From positions 1 through 12,769 of the IMG/VR virus record IMGVR_UViG_3300045988_074812: a stretch of DNA of 12,769 bases; one strand, given 5' to 3'. Both the position numbers and the translations under genes were made by a program. This document shows, piece by piece, positions 12,628 through 12,769 of the stretch. Position 1 is the first letter of the stretch. Each line of letters opens with the position of its first letter. The notes beneath the pieces were generated by a model that ran no database searches, was not told where the DNA came from, and saw only the letters and a list, made by a program, of their open reading frames with translations. The DNA comes from a virus.

Positions 12628-12769
12628 CAGAATAAGTGACAGACTTTGTGGTATATTGTCAGACAATTTAATGTTATAGTTGCCTAGCAAGATTCATGCC
12701 AGTTTTGCAATTATGAACAAAATATGAACAGATTGGGGAAATGTTAACAATTTGTTCACAGGTTTGTCT

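Larger units (their letters stand above)
1..12769. other. Apparently complete linear genome of a very small phi29-like (protein-primed) podovirus
   Basis: Perfect 225-bp inverted repeats lie exactly at both window ends. The interior holds a full replication (PolB plus candidate terminal protein), packaging, head, tail and lysis gene set with almost no non-coding DNA. No integrase, repressor, tRNA or CRISPR seen. Confidence 0.8.
12545..12769. repeat. Right inverted terminal repeat (ITR), 225 bp
   Basis: Exact reverse complement of 1-225. Coordinates mirror as x <-> 12770-x. Confidence 0.97.

Noticed and set aside
1-12769. Whether the element is a transposon, casposon or polinton-like self-synthesising element, or a linear plasmid with TIRs, and whether it carries CRISPR arrays, tRNAs or a lysogeny module.
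   Set aside because: I recognised no transposase, integrase, Cas1 or partition genes. A full virion (capsid, connector, tail) plus lysis set is present. I saw no direct-repeat/spacer arrays or tRNA-like cloverleaf regions, and the only sizeable repeats are the ITRs.

Overview
The window is bounded by a perfect 225-bp inverted terminal repeat (1-225 is the reverse complement of 12545-12769). It is almost fully occupied by 18 tightly packed genes, 17 of them on the minus strand. Recognisable content: a protein-primed-type family-B DNA polymerase, a basic 207-aa ORF just upstream (candidate terminal protein), a phi29 gp16-type packaging ATPase, a scaffold-like protein and a major capsid protein. 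Also present are a BhlA/UviB-like holin, an NlpC/P60+SH3 endolysin, a gp9-like tail knob, a gp10-like connector, a lower-collar candidate and an SGNH-esterase tail appendage. I read this as the complete linear genome of a very small (12.8 kb) phi29-like podovirus of a low-GC Gram-positive host. I saw no lysogeny module, tRNA or CRISPR. Points worth a second look:
- Each ITR carries a full consensus promoter, leader, SD and ATG, and the repeat ends 1 nt after the start codon.
- A 16-bp palindrome sits in that promoter, with phased GTTCATA repeats near the termini.
- The phage encodes a SpoVG-family protein.
- The only plus-strand gene encodes a strongly acidic 62-aa protein.
- An untracked 37-aa membrane microprotein lies downstream of the polymerase.
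- Near-consensus internal promoters feed a GC-rich, pseudoknot-compatible leader ahead of the head genes.
- A terminator-like hairpin sits inside the tail-knob gene.
All homology statements rest on motifs recognised by eye and on remembered reference sequences. No database search was run.
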